64,000 bases of DNA from NCBI GenBank assembly GCA_965206745.1, contig OZ242220.1, positions 864,001 to 928,000 on the forward strand, written 5' to 3'. Positions within the stretch are counted from its first letter, which is position 1. Every line of letters begins with the position of its first letter. This DNA comes from Nitrosopumilus sp. (lineage in GTDB: Archaea > Thermoproteota > Nitrososphaeria > Nitrososphaerales > Nitrosopumilaceae). The position numbers and the translations under genes are program-made. The notes under the pieces are model-generated. The model was not told where the DNA came from. It saw nothing but the letters and a program-made list of their open reading frames with translations, and did not search any database. Shown piece by piece: positions 38,846 through 49,288 of the stretch.

Positions 38846-39463
38846 TCACCGTATCTTTACTGTGATCTCCTCCCCGTTGCCTATCGGTGATGTGACTGTC
38901 CTTACTCGAGGGTTTGCCTTGATGTACTCTGAGAATCTTTTCATCTCGGGCCTGTATTTTTCTGGGTACAGCATGTTGTCTGTAATTATTATCCCTCCTG
39001 CAGATACCATTGGAAGGATCAGATCAAAGTACTCTTTGAGATTCTCCTTGTCTGCATCAATCAAGACAAAATCAAAAAAATCACTGTACCTATTTTGAGA
39101 GTTTAGTTCTGTTAGTATGTTCATTGCCTGTCCCTCTTTTATCACAACTCTCTCTGATAATCCAGCTCGCTGAAGGTTTTCCCTTGCCCTTTTGATTTTA
39201 TTTGGATTCTGCTCTATTGTGATAATCTCACCCAAGTTCTCTGAGATTGCCTCGACACACCATATCGTTGAATATCCAGTTGATGTCCCAACCTCGAGCA
39301 TGTTTTTTGCATTTTTTAGGCGCAAAATCATGTTTATCATCTTGCCTGTCTCTTTGGTGATTGCAAGCATTCTGTCCTCTGGTGCCACATCCACTTTTCT
39401 TGATTTTTCAAGAACCGATTGGTCTTCTAATTCGTTGAGGACATCCTCGATGGATTTCTTCAT
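38846..39463 (-). CDS. O-methyltransferase (caffeoyl-CoA/YrrM-like)
   Basis: LEVGTSTGYS, FDFVLIDADK, IITDN. Confidence 0.92.
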   Translation of the reverse strand: MKKSIEDVLNELEDQSVLEKSRKVDVAPEDRMLAITKETGKMINMILRLKNAKNMLEVGTSTGYSTIWCVEAISENLGEIITIEQNPNKIKRARENLQRAGLSERVVIKEGQAMNILTELNSQNRYSDFFDFVLIDADKENLKEYFDLILPMVSAGGIIITDNMLYPEKYRPEMKRFSEYIKANPRVRTVTSPIGNGEEITVKIR

Positions 39464-39562
39464 ATGATCGGGATGAATTTGAATTGATTTAACTTTATTT
39501 TTTATTCTTTTTATTGAAACATTTGATAGCTTATATTTAGCAAATCTTTTTTTAATACAGAA

Positions 39563-39940
39563 ATGGCAGCAAAAAAGGTCGATTTACTTGGTGTTGTTCA
39601 AAAGATCCTTGCACTAGACACAAAGATGAGGTTTGCAGCAATCATTGATCCAAAGGGCAATATTCGCGAGGCCATTATGAAGGCAGGAAAGACTAATTTA
39701 AAGAATCAAAAAGAGGAGGAGCATTTCTGCCAGCAGGTTGCCCAGAGACGCTCTATGAGAAAAGAGTTTGACAAGTCTCTTGGCAAGGTCCGATACGTTC
39801 ATGTCGAAAGAGAAAAGGTATCACAGATGGTGATTTACACTAAACGAAACATTGTATATTTTACCATGGAACCAGAAATGCCAATTGACACCAAAATACG
39901 ACTAATCACCAAGATCAAGAAATTTACCCTTGACATCTAG
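39563..39940 (+). CDS. Thaumarchaeal roadblock/profilin-like protein (DUF6659-like)
   Basis: MRFAAIID.KG...FDKSLGKVRY..VEREKV. Confidence 0.75.
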   Translation: MAAKKVDLLGVVQKILALDTKMRFAAIIDPKGNIREAIMKAGKTNLKNQKEEEHFCQQVAQRRSMRKEFDKSLGKVRYVHVEREKVSQMVIYTKRNIVYFTMEPEMPIDTKIRLITKIKKFTLDI

Positions 39941-39955
39941 GCCTTTTTAGCAACT

Positions 39956-40312
39956 TTGGATATGGCCATCAAGTATTTCCGTGATTCAAAAATGTTCGAG
40001 TATGACAAGTTTTATCAAGACTGTCGGCAACAAAATCGGCCCTTCATCAAGGCAAAAATAAATCCCCTGCATGGCAACTATTTTGTCGAGTTGGATTTGA
40101 TAACGTGCAACCACACATTGTCTGAGAAGGCACAACAACAGATTGGCAAACTGCTGCAAGATGAGATGGAGTATGTCAAATCAAACCTGGATTATTCTTT
40201 TGAGGACTTTCATATTGGTGAAGAGCAGGCATGGTTTGACGGGGTGTACTCTGAGCACGTTGATGCTTTTTGCAGTTCCCTGTATGATTTGGCTGAAAAA
40301 AATCAAGATTAA
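39956..40312 (+). CDS. Hypothetical protein
   Basis: Clean ORF. Confidence 0.65.
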   Translation: MDMAIKYFRDSKMFEYDKFYQDCRQQNRPFIKAKINPLHGNYFVELDLITCNHTLSEKAQQQIGKLLQDEMEYVKSNLDYSFEDFHIGEEQAWFDGVYSEHVDAFCSSLYDLAEKNQD

Positions 40313-40515
40313 AACCGTATCAAATTTTTTAAAATTTTGTCAATGACTTGAATCTCTTCTTTCCGTTCTTTTATCGCAGACTGATTCCATTCTTTTGCAA
40401 ACTCTGACTCTCTGTCCATCTTTTCTAAAACTTCAATGTACTTTACAAGGTGAATTTTGTAGTCGTGAAGCAGATCCAGATGCTTGTTGTGATTCTTCTC
40501 AGTCGGTGTGGCCAT
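40309..40515 (-). CDS. Small helical hypothetical protein
   Basis: ORF coupled to 40499..40732. Confidence 0.65.
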   Translation of the reverse strand: MATPTEKNHNKHLDLLHDYKIHLVKYIEVLEKMDRESEFAKEWNQSAIKERKEEIQVIDKILKNLIRF

Positions 40516-40732
40516 CCCATTCCTCCTCTGCCATATCTGGGAACATGTCCCTTATGCGCTTTTTGTCTTTTTGCATTGCCTCTATCCTCTTCTCCAGGTG
40601 GCTTTTGACTGCCGGCTCTGCCTCCTGTTCTTTCTCACCCTCGATATCTGAGATGATTTTGGATAGCGATTTATAATATGAGATGTGGTTTTTTTTCGAC
40701 TCCTCTGATGTGTCCTCTTTTTTTACATCCAT
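40499..40732 (-). CDS. Small helical hypothetical protein
   Basis: Charged coiled-coil-like ORF. Confidence 0.7.
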   Translation of the reverse strand: MDVKKEDTSEESKKNHISYYKSLSKIISDIEGEKEQEAEPAVKSHLEKRIEAMQKDKKRIRDMFPDMAEEEWDGHTD

Positions 40733-40771
40733 CGTATCTTATGATACTGTTGAAAATAAGTACTTGATCCT

Positions 40772-41089
40772 TTGGTATTTGTTTACATTAATATTGAAAT
40801 TATGTTGTCAAAACATGTGAAAATCCTTATCGACGAGATGGATGATGGATGGGATGAGAAACTCAAAGAATTAGGCCATGATGCATATAGTGTCAAAAAA
40901 TTACGTGTAGATGGCCATAAATTGGGGACTGATTACTCTGTGATTAATTATGCTAAAGAAAATGACATGGTCCTAGTAACTCGTGATACTGAAAACGGTC
41001 AGGCATGTGAAGAAAATGGATTGCCATACATATTGTTAGATAATAACGAGATTTTTAAAATCGTATTGGATAAACTAAAAGATTCCTAG
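40772..41089 (+). CDS. PIN-like (Mut7-C/DUF5615) domain protein
   Basis: KILIDEM...LGHDA...D..VI.YA.ENDMVLVTRD; start probably ATG 40802. Confidence 0.8.
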   Translation: MVFVYINIEIMLSKHVKILIDEMDDGWDEKLKELGHDAYSVKKLRVDGHKLGTDYSVINYAKENDMVLVTRDTENGQACEENGLPYILLDNNEIFKIVLDKLKDS

Positions 41090-41652
41090 TTCACGTTATT
41101 TGTATCCATGTGAGATATTCTCAAATTTGCCAAGACCTCGTTTAGAAAATCCTCCTCCTTTTGATGTGTAATGTTGTTCATTATTGATTCCCAGCAATCA
41201 TTTATCTTTCTAATTATCTGTGAATACATCTTGTCCTTTTTGAATGCAGGATAATATGACAGCAACTTCATTATCCCGTCAGTTGATTGGACTATGTGTA
41301 TCTGGTGAATAATTGATCTTAGCCTTTGATGATATGACCACCCCTCCTCCCTTATGATGATTTGAAAACTGCCAATCTCCTCAAAAATCATCTCTATCTC
41401 CTTGTGCAGGTTCTTTAGCTGGCTGTTTACTGACTCGGAGAGATTGATTAGCTCATACTCGATGTGAGACCTGCTGTGGACTTTTTTGTCGATTTCCCCT
41501 GCCTCGACTAGGGAACTGATCTCCCTGTACACTATCTTCTCATTGCCTACTTTTTCTATCACCCTCTTGGCAAGCTCTGTCCCCCTGATCTTCCCATTCT
41601 CGTTTAGTATTCTGATAATTTCGGTCTTGATTATCTCTGAATTTTTGTCCAT
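41086..41652 (-). CDS. Hypothetical protein with N-terminal wHTH
   Basis: IIRILNENGKIRGTELAK...YREISSLVEAGEI; architecture like 36756..37337. Confidence 0.75.
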   Translation of the reverse strand: MDKNSEIIKTEIIRILNENGKIRGTELAKRVIEKVGNEKIVYREISSLVEAGEIDKKVHSRSHIEYELINLSESVNSQLKNLHKEIEMIFEEIGSFQIIIREEGWSYHQRLRSIIHQIHIVQSTDGIMKLLSYYPAFKKDKMYSQIIRKINDCWESIMNNITHQKEEDFLNEVLANLRISHMDTNNVN

Positions 41653-41667
41653 GACTTTTCCTAGGAT

Positions 41668-41901
41668 TTACCTGCGATACCTCTCAATTACTGCCTTTTC
41701 TCCTGTCTGGCTAATCTCTGTTACTAATTTGTCCAATATGTCAATCCCATTCTTTATGGGCTCTTTATCCAAATTTTTGTGCTCTAGTTTCTGCTTTAGC
41801 ACCCTCCTCTCGTTATTTACAAAATTCAGCAGTGGCACATTCTCCCCCATGTTCAGATTTACAAAAAAATCGATATATTCCTGAGTTGACTTTATTGCCA
41901 T
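41668..41901 (-). CDS. Conserved hypothetical protein
   Basis: Clean ORF. Confidence 0.7.
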   Translation of the reverse strand: MAIKSTQEYIDFFVNLNMGENVPLLNFVNNERRVLKQKLEHKNLDKEPIKNGIDILDKLVTEISQTGEKAVIERYRR

Positions 41902-41978
41902 GCTTTACTTCCCTTCCCCTTGTATCTGTTTGAAGCTATCGGTACTAGGTTTATTTGTGATTTTGACTGCCTCTGATC

Positions 41979-42227
41979 ATGGATAGCTGTGATAGACGTG
42001 TTCGTGCCTATAAGAACGGTAAGACCTTTGATCAGTGCAGGGATGTCGCAGAATCCATGAACCCCGATTTTAAAAAACTCATAGATGATAACGGCAAAGT
42101 CCTGTGGACTGAGATTTTGGAGAAGGTCGATCACGATGAGATCATCTACAAGCTCACCCTGAAATTTTTAAGACGTGACGGATATGATATTGGAAACCAC
42201 AAGATTCCAGAAGTCAAGAGATTCTAA
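41979..42227 (+). CDS. Conserved hypothetical protein
   Basis: Clean ORF, LRRDGYDIG motif. Confidence 0.7.
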   Translation: MDSCDRRVRAYKNGKTFDQCRDVAESMNPDFKKLIDDNGKVLWTEILEKVDHDEIIYKLTLKFLRRDGYDIGNHKIPEVKRF

Positions 42228-43045
42228 TCTGGATCAATCTTGCAGCTTCCGTCTGCATTACGCATCCTTCTTGCCATGATGTATGGTGTGAGAAGCAGTA
42301 TCGGTATTGAGATTGCAATGAAAAATGTCTGCAACTGTGTGAGTGCAATTGACAGAGCTATCGCACTTGCAGTTCCGATAAACACTGACAGAAACGATCC
42401 TGCGCAAGTTGGGCATGCTATGAACAGTCCCGCTATGGCTCCGACTGAACTTGCCCCCCTGCCTTTCTTGGAGATTGCATATGCGTTAACGGCAATTGAC
42501 GCGTTTAGCCCCACCAGATATGAGACGGTGATCTGTAGTACCAGGTTGATTGGAATTATGTTCAGTCCCACGTGCTCTGTCAGGTAGATGATTATCTGCG
42601 GCATGTATCCTGGCTCATCGCAGCACGGTGCAACAAAGCCTGATGGGATTTCAGCTCCGTAGTGATACGAAAAAGTGACTTCTGGCTGATACACCAGTGT
42701 TCCTGAAACCAGTGAGAAAAATATCCCATATCCTGCAAATACCGCAACAAAGATCCTTCTGGATTTGGGGTTCCACGTGGTCATGGCAATTATCGAGGAG
42801 AGATCCCTTCCCTTGTTCTCTGCCTTCTCCCTGTGGTATCTATACATTCCAAGGGCGATGGCTCCAAAGGATACCAGCAGGATCACATAAAATCCATAGG
42901 CGATTCTCTGTATGGCATCAATTGCACTCGGGGTCAGCAGCTGGGGATCCTGGTATCTGCCATACATCAAAAACAGAATCCCTATGGTCACAAAACCCAG
43001 TATGATTAGCTTTTTGCCTTGGTTTGTACTCTTTTGTACCGTCAT
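42224..43045 (-). CDS. Multi-pass membrane protein with CPTC motif
   Basis: About 6 TM helices; PCC and ACPTCAG motifs suggest metal binding. Confidence 0.8.
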   Translation of the reverse strand: MTVQKSTNQGKKLIILGFVTIGILFLMYGRYQDPQLLTPSAIDAIQRIAYGFYVILLVSFGAIALGMYRYHREKAENKGRDLSSIIAMTTWNPKSRRIFVAVFAGYGIFFSLVSGTLVYQPEVTFSYHYGAEIPSGFVAPCCDEPGYMPQIIIYLTEHVGLNIIPINLVLQITVSYLVGLNASIAVNAYAISKKGRGASSVGAIAGLFIACPTCAGSFLSVFIGTASAIALSIALTQLQTFFIAISIPILLLTPYIMARRMRNADGSCKIDPD

Positions 43046-43072
43046 GATTTTTCTCCGAGTTTAAATTCCATC

Positions 43073-44887
43073 TTAACTTAATTTGGGAACAAAGATGTAG
43101 ATGATTGCAATTATCTCCAGTCTTCCAAAAATCATCAAAAATCCCAAAACTATCTTTGTTGCAGGATCCGTATCAAAGTCAATCACGCCGGCTGATAATC
43201 CTCCTGTGGTAATCACGCCTGCTGCCTCAAAGAATGCGTCTTGGAACGGGACATCCTCTATCTCTGCCAAGTGCAGTCCTGTAACTGCCGAAATTATGGG
43301 AAACAATGCCAGTATGATGAGAGTTGATATGATTTCTTTTTTTGCCTGGCTTGAGAGTTTTGCCCTTCTCGCCTTGCTAAGCAATGCCCTGATGTCTTTG
43401 AGGTGGAGCAGTCTGAATATCTTCAAGCCACCGGCAGTTGAGAATCCGCAACCTCCGATGAACATCAGAATTATCAGGATGGTATGTGCCCCGCCGCTCA
43501 ACCCTGCAAGACTCTCTACCTGCAGTCCTGCAGTAGTACTAGCTGATACGGAATAAAATGCGCTCTGCATCGGATCCAGGCCGCTGATTCCGATAAACAG
43601 AACAGTGGCGCTGCCCAGAATTGCAAAGTATGTCAAGACCTCTTTTCCAAGTTTTGGCGAGAGGAATTTCTTTCTTACAAATGCATAGTGGAATGTAAAT
43701 GGCAGTGCTCCCAGAATCATTGCGCCCATAAGGATTATGTGTTCCTGCCAGAGCAGCCCGTCAAGAATTGTCGATGTCGGCGTAAATCCTCCTGTGGCCA
43801 GCGTACTCATTGCCAATGAAAAGTTGTCTATTATGTTACCCTCCCCAAATATGTACAGCAGAAATGCCACAATCACGATGTAAATTGCAAAGATGACAGT
43901 AATGGTCAGGAACAGCTCCTTCATGTGGAGTGTTCTGCCTGAAATAAAACCGCGCATTGATTGCAGTTTTGATTCTGGATAAAACGCGGTAATTACCAGA
44001 TAGATGAAACTCATCCCCCCTACAAGCTGGGTATAGCTTCGGAAGAATGTAAAGCTCTGAGAGAGCTTTTCTGGTTCGTCAAACAAAGAGATTCCGCCGG
44101 TGGTAAATCCTGCAGCACTAGAAAAGAATGCGTTGGCAAACACCTCCACATTGGTTTCGTCGCTTGGAAACACGTACAGATACGGGACCGTTCCAAACAG
44201 TGATAGCAAAAACAGGCTCGAAAACACCAGTATCGAGGCTTGCTGTAGGTTGAGGCTTGATTTTTCCCCGTAAGAGTTCAGAAAGAACCCTGTAACTAGC
44301 AGAAGCACCGTGGTAAGATAAATTCCGGTGGCAGTGGTTGAATCCTCTAAGAGCGTTGCGACTATTGCCGGAACCAGGAGCAGGACTCCTGCAAACTGCA
44401 GTACAAAGCCAAGATTTCCCAAAACCGCCTTTACCGGCGGACTGAGCAGACGCGGAGCAGTGGCTGTCGCATCTCTGATTACGTTTGCAATGACTGTCTG
44501 AAAGATCATTCCCACCACCTGGTTCTTCTTTGATAGCACGGGAAGCTTTCTAATGTTGTTATCTCGCATCTTGTGCAATGCGTCTTGCAGCGTTGCCTTT
44601 TCGTTAATTGTGATAAGTGGGGCGCTCATGATGTCCTTTAGGGTTGTAGCTTCTGCGTAAACTGTAACGTCGCTGACCTTGCTTAGGATGTCCTCGTCTG
44701 TGACAATGCCTACAGGAAGGTTGTCCCCGTCTGTGACGATAATGTCGTCTGTCTCATAATGGCGCAGCATTCTTGCCGCCTCCCTGGTCTGCGTACCCAA
44801 TCCCAGAATCAGCACATCTTTGTCCATGTATTTTGTTACTGATTTACTCAGAACATATGATACGGCACGTTCTGGATTCGTTGACAT
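43073..44887 (-). CDS. trkH: CBS-domain-fused TrkH-family potassium uptake protein
   Basis: N-terminal CBS pair; pore motifs FTTGG, ATGGF, TTAGL, TTGGL; C-terminal FGRLE. ATG 44887 preferred. Confidence 0.9.
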   Translation of the reverse strand: MSTNPERAVSYVLSKSVTKYMDKDVLILGLGTQTREAARMLRHYETDDIIVTDGDNLPVGIVTDEDILSKVSDVTVYAEATTLKDIMSAPLITINEKATLQDALHKMRDNNIRKLPVLSKKNQVVGMIFQTVIANVIRDATATAPRLLSPPVKAVLGNLGFVLQFAGVLLLVPAIVATLLEDSTTATGIYLTTVLLLVTGFFLNSYGEKSSLNLQQASILVFSSLFLLSLFGTVPYLYVFPSDETNVEVFANAFFSSAAGFTTGGISLFDEPEKLSQSFTFFRSYTQLVGGMSFIYLVITAFYPESKLQSMRGFISGRTLHMKELFLTITVIFAIYIVIVAFLLYIFGEGNIIDNFSLAMSTLATGGFTPTSTILDGLLWQEHIILMGAMILGALPFTFHYAFVRKKFLSPKLGKEVLTYFAILGSATVLFIGISGLDPMQSAFYSVSASTTAGLQVESLAGLSGGAHTILIILMFIGGCGFSTAGGLKIFRLLHLKDIRALLSKARRAKLSSQAKKEIISTLIILALFPIISAVTGLHLAEIEDVPFQDAFFEAAGVITTGGLSAGVIDFDTDPATKIVLGFLMIFGRLEIIAIIYIFVPKLS

Positions 44888-45038
44888 TAAGCTAACTTGG
44901 CTGGGGATTTTAAATAATTTGGGGTTATGCGTAAGTACTGATCGACTAAAAATGATTTGCGTGCCTTCTGGTCTTGAATCTGATCTGATCAAATTTGCTA
45001 TCTTTATAAGCAGTGAGCGGGAAGTTATGCGTAATATA

Positions 45039-45467
45039 ATGGAAATTGATCAAGCGCCGGAGCCTGATTATGACTCTGTAAAAATCAATTATGTTGGATT
45101 TGTTGATCCGTATGCTGTTGAGGGAATGGTCATTCTAAAGGCTGATAACGGCAAAGAATTTCACATGAGGGCGTTTTCTGGAGAGGTCGCAAAACTTATC
45201 TCGAGTTTTGGCGAGGCCCAAGGCGATGCTGCCCCATCAATTTACAAGATGATTGAAGAGATTTGTGAGCAAAATGAGTTGGTTCTAGTCAAAGTCAAAA
45301 TCTATGAGAGTGGGGATGTACTGCGTGCAAATCTGTACTTTACAGGCAAGAAGGACCTCGTATTGAGAAACTATCGCGCCTCAGATGCCATGGCGTTGGG
45401 TGCCTTTTACAATATCCCGATTCTAGTCAGAAAGAATCTTCTCAAGGAAAGCATGGAGGCTGAATAA
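45039..45467 (+). CDS. Bifunctional nuclease (DUF151/BFN) family protein
   Basis: VILK...P.IY..IE.I...RANLY...RASDAMAL....IPI; ATG 45039 preferred. Confidence 0.85.
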   Translation: MEIDQAPEPDYDSVKINYVGFVDPYAVEGMVILKADNGKEFHMRAFSGEVAKLISSFGEAQGDAAPSIYKMIEEICEQNELVLVKVKIYESGDVLRANLYFTGKKDLVLRNYRASDAMALGAFYNIPILVRKNLLKESMEAE

Positions 45468-45831
45468 ATCTGGCCTTTGATGAGTCACAAATAGAAGACC
45501 GTTATTCAAAAGATTTTTTTGGAATCAGATTAAATGATAATCCCTGGTTCAATTAAGAGCCGGTGATGACTTGATACGTGGTGAACGTATCATTTCACCG
45601 CCAATCCAGTTAAAAGATGAATTTTTGACACACTAGGATAAATTTACAAGTTTCTCATTTGTAAAAATTTTGAATTCAAAGATCTGTATTTGCTGCTAAA
45701 CGCACAGTAACTTGATACTCTGGAGAAGGCCTTTGAATCAGAGCAAGAATTCGTATTTCACGTCTATATCCACAAGATTACACAGAACCTCCAACAGTAT
45801 GGTTTTTCTTCTAGTGTATCAGTGACATGTT

Positions 45832-46050
45832 GTGGATGAGCAAGAGCAGATAATGGATGATCTACTTAATGTTGATCTTGAGATAATTGATGTTGTTAGG
45901 CAACTGCGTCAGAAGGATTGGGATTCTGAATCCCTGAAGCAACATATTGGAGACTTGCTGAAAATTCGTGATGAAATGGTGCCACAGTTGCTGTCTTTAA
46001 AAGGAGATGAGAATTCCTGTGATTCCGGTCATGACCATACACATCAATAA
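45832..46050 (+). CDS. Small hypothetical protein with His-rich C-terminus
   Basis: Helical ORF ending CDSGHDHTHQ. Confidence 0.65.
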   Translation: MDEQEQIMDDLLNVDLEIIDVVRQLRQKDWDSESLKQHIGDLLKIRDEMVPQLLSLKGDENSCDSGHDHTHQ

Positions 46051-46259
46051 TCAAAGCCTAGTTCTTTAAAAAAATTATCTGGAAACTTCTTTTTGATCTT
46101 TAGAATTTCTGCCTTGTAGTTTTGAATCTTTGATTGAACCTCTTCTCTCTCTTTGCCTTCAAGCACACCACAGTCTTTTTCCAACCTCTTAATCTGATTT
46201 GTTAATGTCTTGTACATTATTGAAAATTCTGGAAAATTTTCTGGAAGTTCTTCACCCAT
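46044..46259 (-). CDS. Small hypothetical protein
   Basis: LPENFPEFSIMY...FPDNFF motif. Confidence 0.7.
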   Translation of the reverse strand: MGEELPENFPEFSIMYKTLTNQIKRLEKDCGVLEGKEREEVQSKIQNYKAEILKIKKKFPDNFFKELGFDY

Positions 46260-46531
46260 ATCTGATCAGACACACATTTTGCCAATACTTTATCGTTTCA
46301 TTTTATTCATGCAACTTGCAAGTTCTTGCATGATTTTTGATACATGACATCCTAATCCAAAATATCACTGCAAAAAATCACATCTAAACATTGTTAATTC
46401 GACAGAATAAGATCGCCTGCATTTTAGGAAAATCTCAAAATCTTATATTCATTTTGCACTAGAGCCAGGAAACTAAATTCAGAAATGATTGCTTCGAATT
46501 GCTTTAATACTTTTAATTTGATGAATTTGCA

Positions 46532-48706
46532 GTGGCTAGAAATGCAATGTTGGCACTCTTTACAGTGCTACTCATAGGAATGATGGTTGCCCCTGCGTAT
46601 GCCGAGTTGTCGCCACGGGAACAACTCAAAATCGGCATCCCGATAAACCAAATTCTATGCAATGAGGAAAAGACCCTCATACAGTCACCTACAGGCAAGC
46701 CTGCCTGCGTCTTTGATGCCACTTTGGAAAGACTTGTTCTACGGGGATGGATCATTGTGGAATTGGTTACACCGATTGTTGATTTTCAAGGGATAATAGA
46801 TGCCACAGAACCAGCACCTGAACCAACACCAGCACCTGAACCAACACCAGCACCTGAACCAACACCAGCACCTGAACCAACACCAGCACCTGAACCAACA
46901 CCAGCACCTGAACCAACACCAGCACCTGAACCAACACCAGCACCTGAACCAACACCAGCACCTGAACCAACACCAGCACCTGAACCAACACCAGCACCTG
47001 AACCAACACCAGCACCTGAACCAACACCGGCACCTGAACCAACACCGGCACCTGAACCAACACCGGCACCTGAACCAACACCGGCACCTGAACCAGCACC
47101 TGAACCAGCACCTGAACCAACACCCGCACCCGAGCCTGAAATAATTTATTCTGATGACGGATATACTGCAAATCTATACCATGAAAACGGAATTCTCAAA
47201 TCAGAAAAACAGTATGAGAACGGACAACTAGAAACAGAATTATTATACCATGAAAACGGAGATCTCAAATCAGAAAAACACTATGAGGACGGACAGCTAG
47301 AATCAGAAATACAGTATGATGAAGACATGAATCGCAAATCACAAAAATATTATGAGGACGGACAACTAGATGAAGGAACACACTTTGAATACCATGAAAA
47401 TGGAAATAAACAATCAGAAGTGCAACTTGGTAAAAATGGAAATTTGAAATTAGAATTAAAATATTTTAAAAATGGAAATCAGCAATTAGTATACAAATAT
47501 GATGAAAATGGTGTGCTGATAGAAATGTCGCAATTTTACAAAAACGGAAATTCTAAATTAACAGAATATTATAACGACGGACAGCTAGAAGTAGAAATAC
47601 GATACAATGAAAATGGATATATGAACTCTGAATTTGATTATTATGAGGACGGACAGCTAGAAAATGAATCATACTATGAATACTATGAAAACGGAAATTT
47701 CAAATTAGGAAAAGACTATGAAGATGGGCAACTTGCAGGTGAAACACATTACTATGAAAACACCAATCTCAAATCAGATAAACAGTATCAAGATGGGCAA
47801 CCTGATTCAGATATAGAATACTATGAAAACGGAAATTTCAAATCAGAAAAATACTATGAGAATGGACAACTAGTAGGAGAACGTCACCGTTACAAAAACG
47901 GAAATATGGAATTTGAATCCAAATATTATGAGAACGGACAAACAAAAGTTGAATCTCTATACCGTGAAAACGGAAATGGTATATCAGACAAATATTATGA
48001 TGAGAACGGACAGATAATAGACGAAACATATTATGAGTATTATGAAAACGGGAATAAACAATCAAAACTTCAATATTATGGTAACGGAGAACTAAAAGCC
48101 GAATATCAGCATTATGAAAACGGAAATAAACGATCAGAATTACACCACTATGAAAATAACATGATAAAACAAGAATTGCAATTTTATGAAAATAAAAACA
48201 TGCAATCAAAAAAATCTTACTATGAGAACGGACAACTGAAATCAGAATATCAATACCATGAAAACGGAAATCTCAAATTACACAAAATTTACTCAGAGCA
48301 CGGAAAACCTGGCTATACGGAATACAATAAAAACGGAGATCTCAAATTAAAAAAACATTATTCTTATGTGGACGGACAATACATAGTATACAGAGAAGTA
48401 TCCTATGAATACCACGAAAACGGAGATCTCAAATCAAAAAAATATTATCTCACTGGAAAACTAATATCTGAGTCATACTATGAATACCATGAAAACAGAA
48501 ATCTCAAATCCCAAAAACACTATGAGAACGGCCAACTAAAATCAGAATATCAATACCATGAAAACGGAAATCCCAAATCAGAAAAATATTATTGGAACGG
48601 ACAACTATCCGAAGAAGTATACTATGAATACCACGAAAATGGAGATACCAAATCAGTAAAACGCTATAAGAACGGACAAGAAGTGCCATACATTACATTC
48701 GGTTAA
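46532..48706 (+). CDS. Secreted MORN-variant (MORN_2/YwqK-like) repeat protein with PEPTPA stalk
   Basis: Signal peptide; thaumarchaeal SPxxQ..C..PAC..RGW domain; (PEPTPA)n; more than 20 Y(H/Y)ENG(N/Q)LKSE-type repeats. Confidence 0.88.
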   Translation: MARNAMLALFTVLLIGMMVAPAYAELSPREQLKIGIPINQILCNEEKTLIQSPTGKPACVFDATLERLVLRGWIIVELVTPIVDFQGIIDATEPAPEPTPAPEPTPAPEPTPAPEPTPAPEPTPAPEPTPAPEPTPAPEPTPAPEPTPAPEPTPAPEPTPAPEPTPAPEPTPAPEPTPAPEPTPAPEPAPEPAPEPTPAPEPEIIYSDDGYTANLYHENGILKSEKQYENGQLETELLYHENGDLKSEKHYEDGQLESEIQYDEDMNRKSQKYYEDGQLDEGTHFEYHENGNKQSEVQLGKNGNLKLELKYFKNGNQQLVYKYDENGVLIEMSQFYKNGNSKLTEYYNDGQLEVEIRYNENGYMNSEFDYYEDGQLENESYYEYYENGNFKLGKDYEDGQLAGETHYYENTNLKSDKQYQDGQPDSDIEYYENGNFKSEKYYENGQLVGERHRYKNGNMEFESKYYENGQTKVESLYRENGNGISDKYYDENGQIIDETYYEYYENGNKQSKLQYYGNGELKAEYQHYENGNKRSELHHYENNMIKQELQFYENKNMQSKKSYYENGQLKSEYQYHENGNLKLHKIYSEHGKPGYTEYNKNGDLKLKKHYSYVDGQYIVYREVSYEYHENGDLKSKKYYLTGKLISESYYEYHENRNLKSQKHYENGQLKSEYQYHENGNPKSEKYYWNGQLSEEVYYEYHENGDTKSVKRYKNGQEVPYITFG
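46811..47140 (+). repeat. 18-bp tandem repeat encoding PAPEPT
   Basis: CCAGCACCTGAACCAACA x12 (46811-47026), then three CCG-variant units, two 12-bp partial units and degenerate copies. Confidence 0.97.
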
Positions 48707-49036
48707 TTAGAATAAGAATGACAATGCCACAAAAACAGAGATTTTGAATCTGTAAAATAATATGATTAGAACGAGAACTTGAAAACAGACTAGAATTTGC
48801 ATGCATGAATTTGACAAAAATAGGACCGGGGTTCCAAAATCACTCTGGCCTGCTCACCCGCTGTACCTGCCTGGTTAATTAAAACATGCTTCATAATTCG
48901 GCAAATTCATCATCTATCAGTTATAGCTTAGAATGTTGATTAATCATCAGCAAACTTCCTTCTAATTGCCACGGTATATTATTATTTCATATGGACGACC
49001 ATAACCTTTTTGATGTGACCTGGCACTAATTATGGT

Positions 49037-49288
49037 ATGGTCAATTTTGAAAAGGTCTATCAAAGAGTCGCCTCCCAAATAATTCAGAGGTGTCACGGTG
49101 CAATCAAAATTACCAAGCATGGGAGAATTATTGAGGTCTATGATACAAAGCGGCATATCTGGAGCGATGGCCTGGCAGGGCTAATAATCAAGGAGGAGTG
49201 CCGAAATGCTGATCTGAAGGAATGGGAGTTTGCAAGTGTCAGGACATGTGTAATCAAAGAGTTACTTGGAAAAAACAATGATCAATAG
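49037..49288 (+). CDS. Conserved hypothetical protein
   Basis: Clean ORF. Confidence 0.7.
   Translation: MVNFEKVYQRVASQIIQRCHGAIKITKHGRIIEVYDTKRHIWSDGLAGLIIKEECRNADLKEWEFASVRTCVIKELLGKNNDQ

Noticed and set aside
46811-47140. Possible CRISPR array
   Set aside because: Units are head-to-tail with no unique spacers and are in frame within a CDS.
46767-47171. ORFs with (VLVQVL)n and (HLNQHQ)n repeats
   Set aside because: Alternative-frame shadows of the PEPTPA repeat.
46532-48706. YwqK antitoxin annotation
   Set aside because: Signal peptide, stalk and absence of an adjacent YwqJ-like toxin argue for a surface role.
48820-48880. Short GC-rich intergenic segment with a weak hairpin
   Set aside because: Only one wobble-rich 7-bp stem and no recognisable RNA family.
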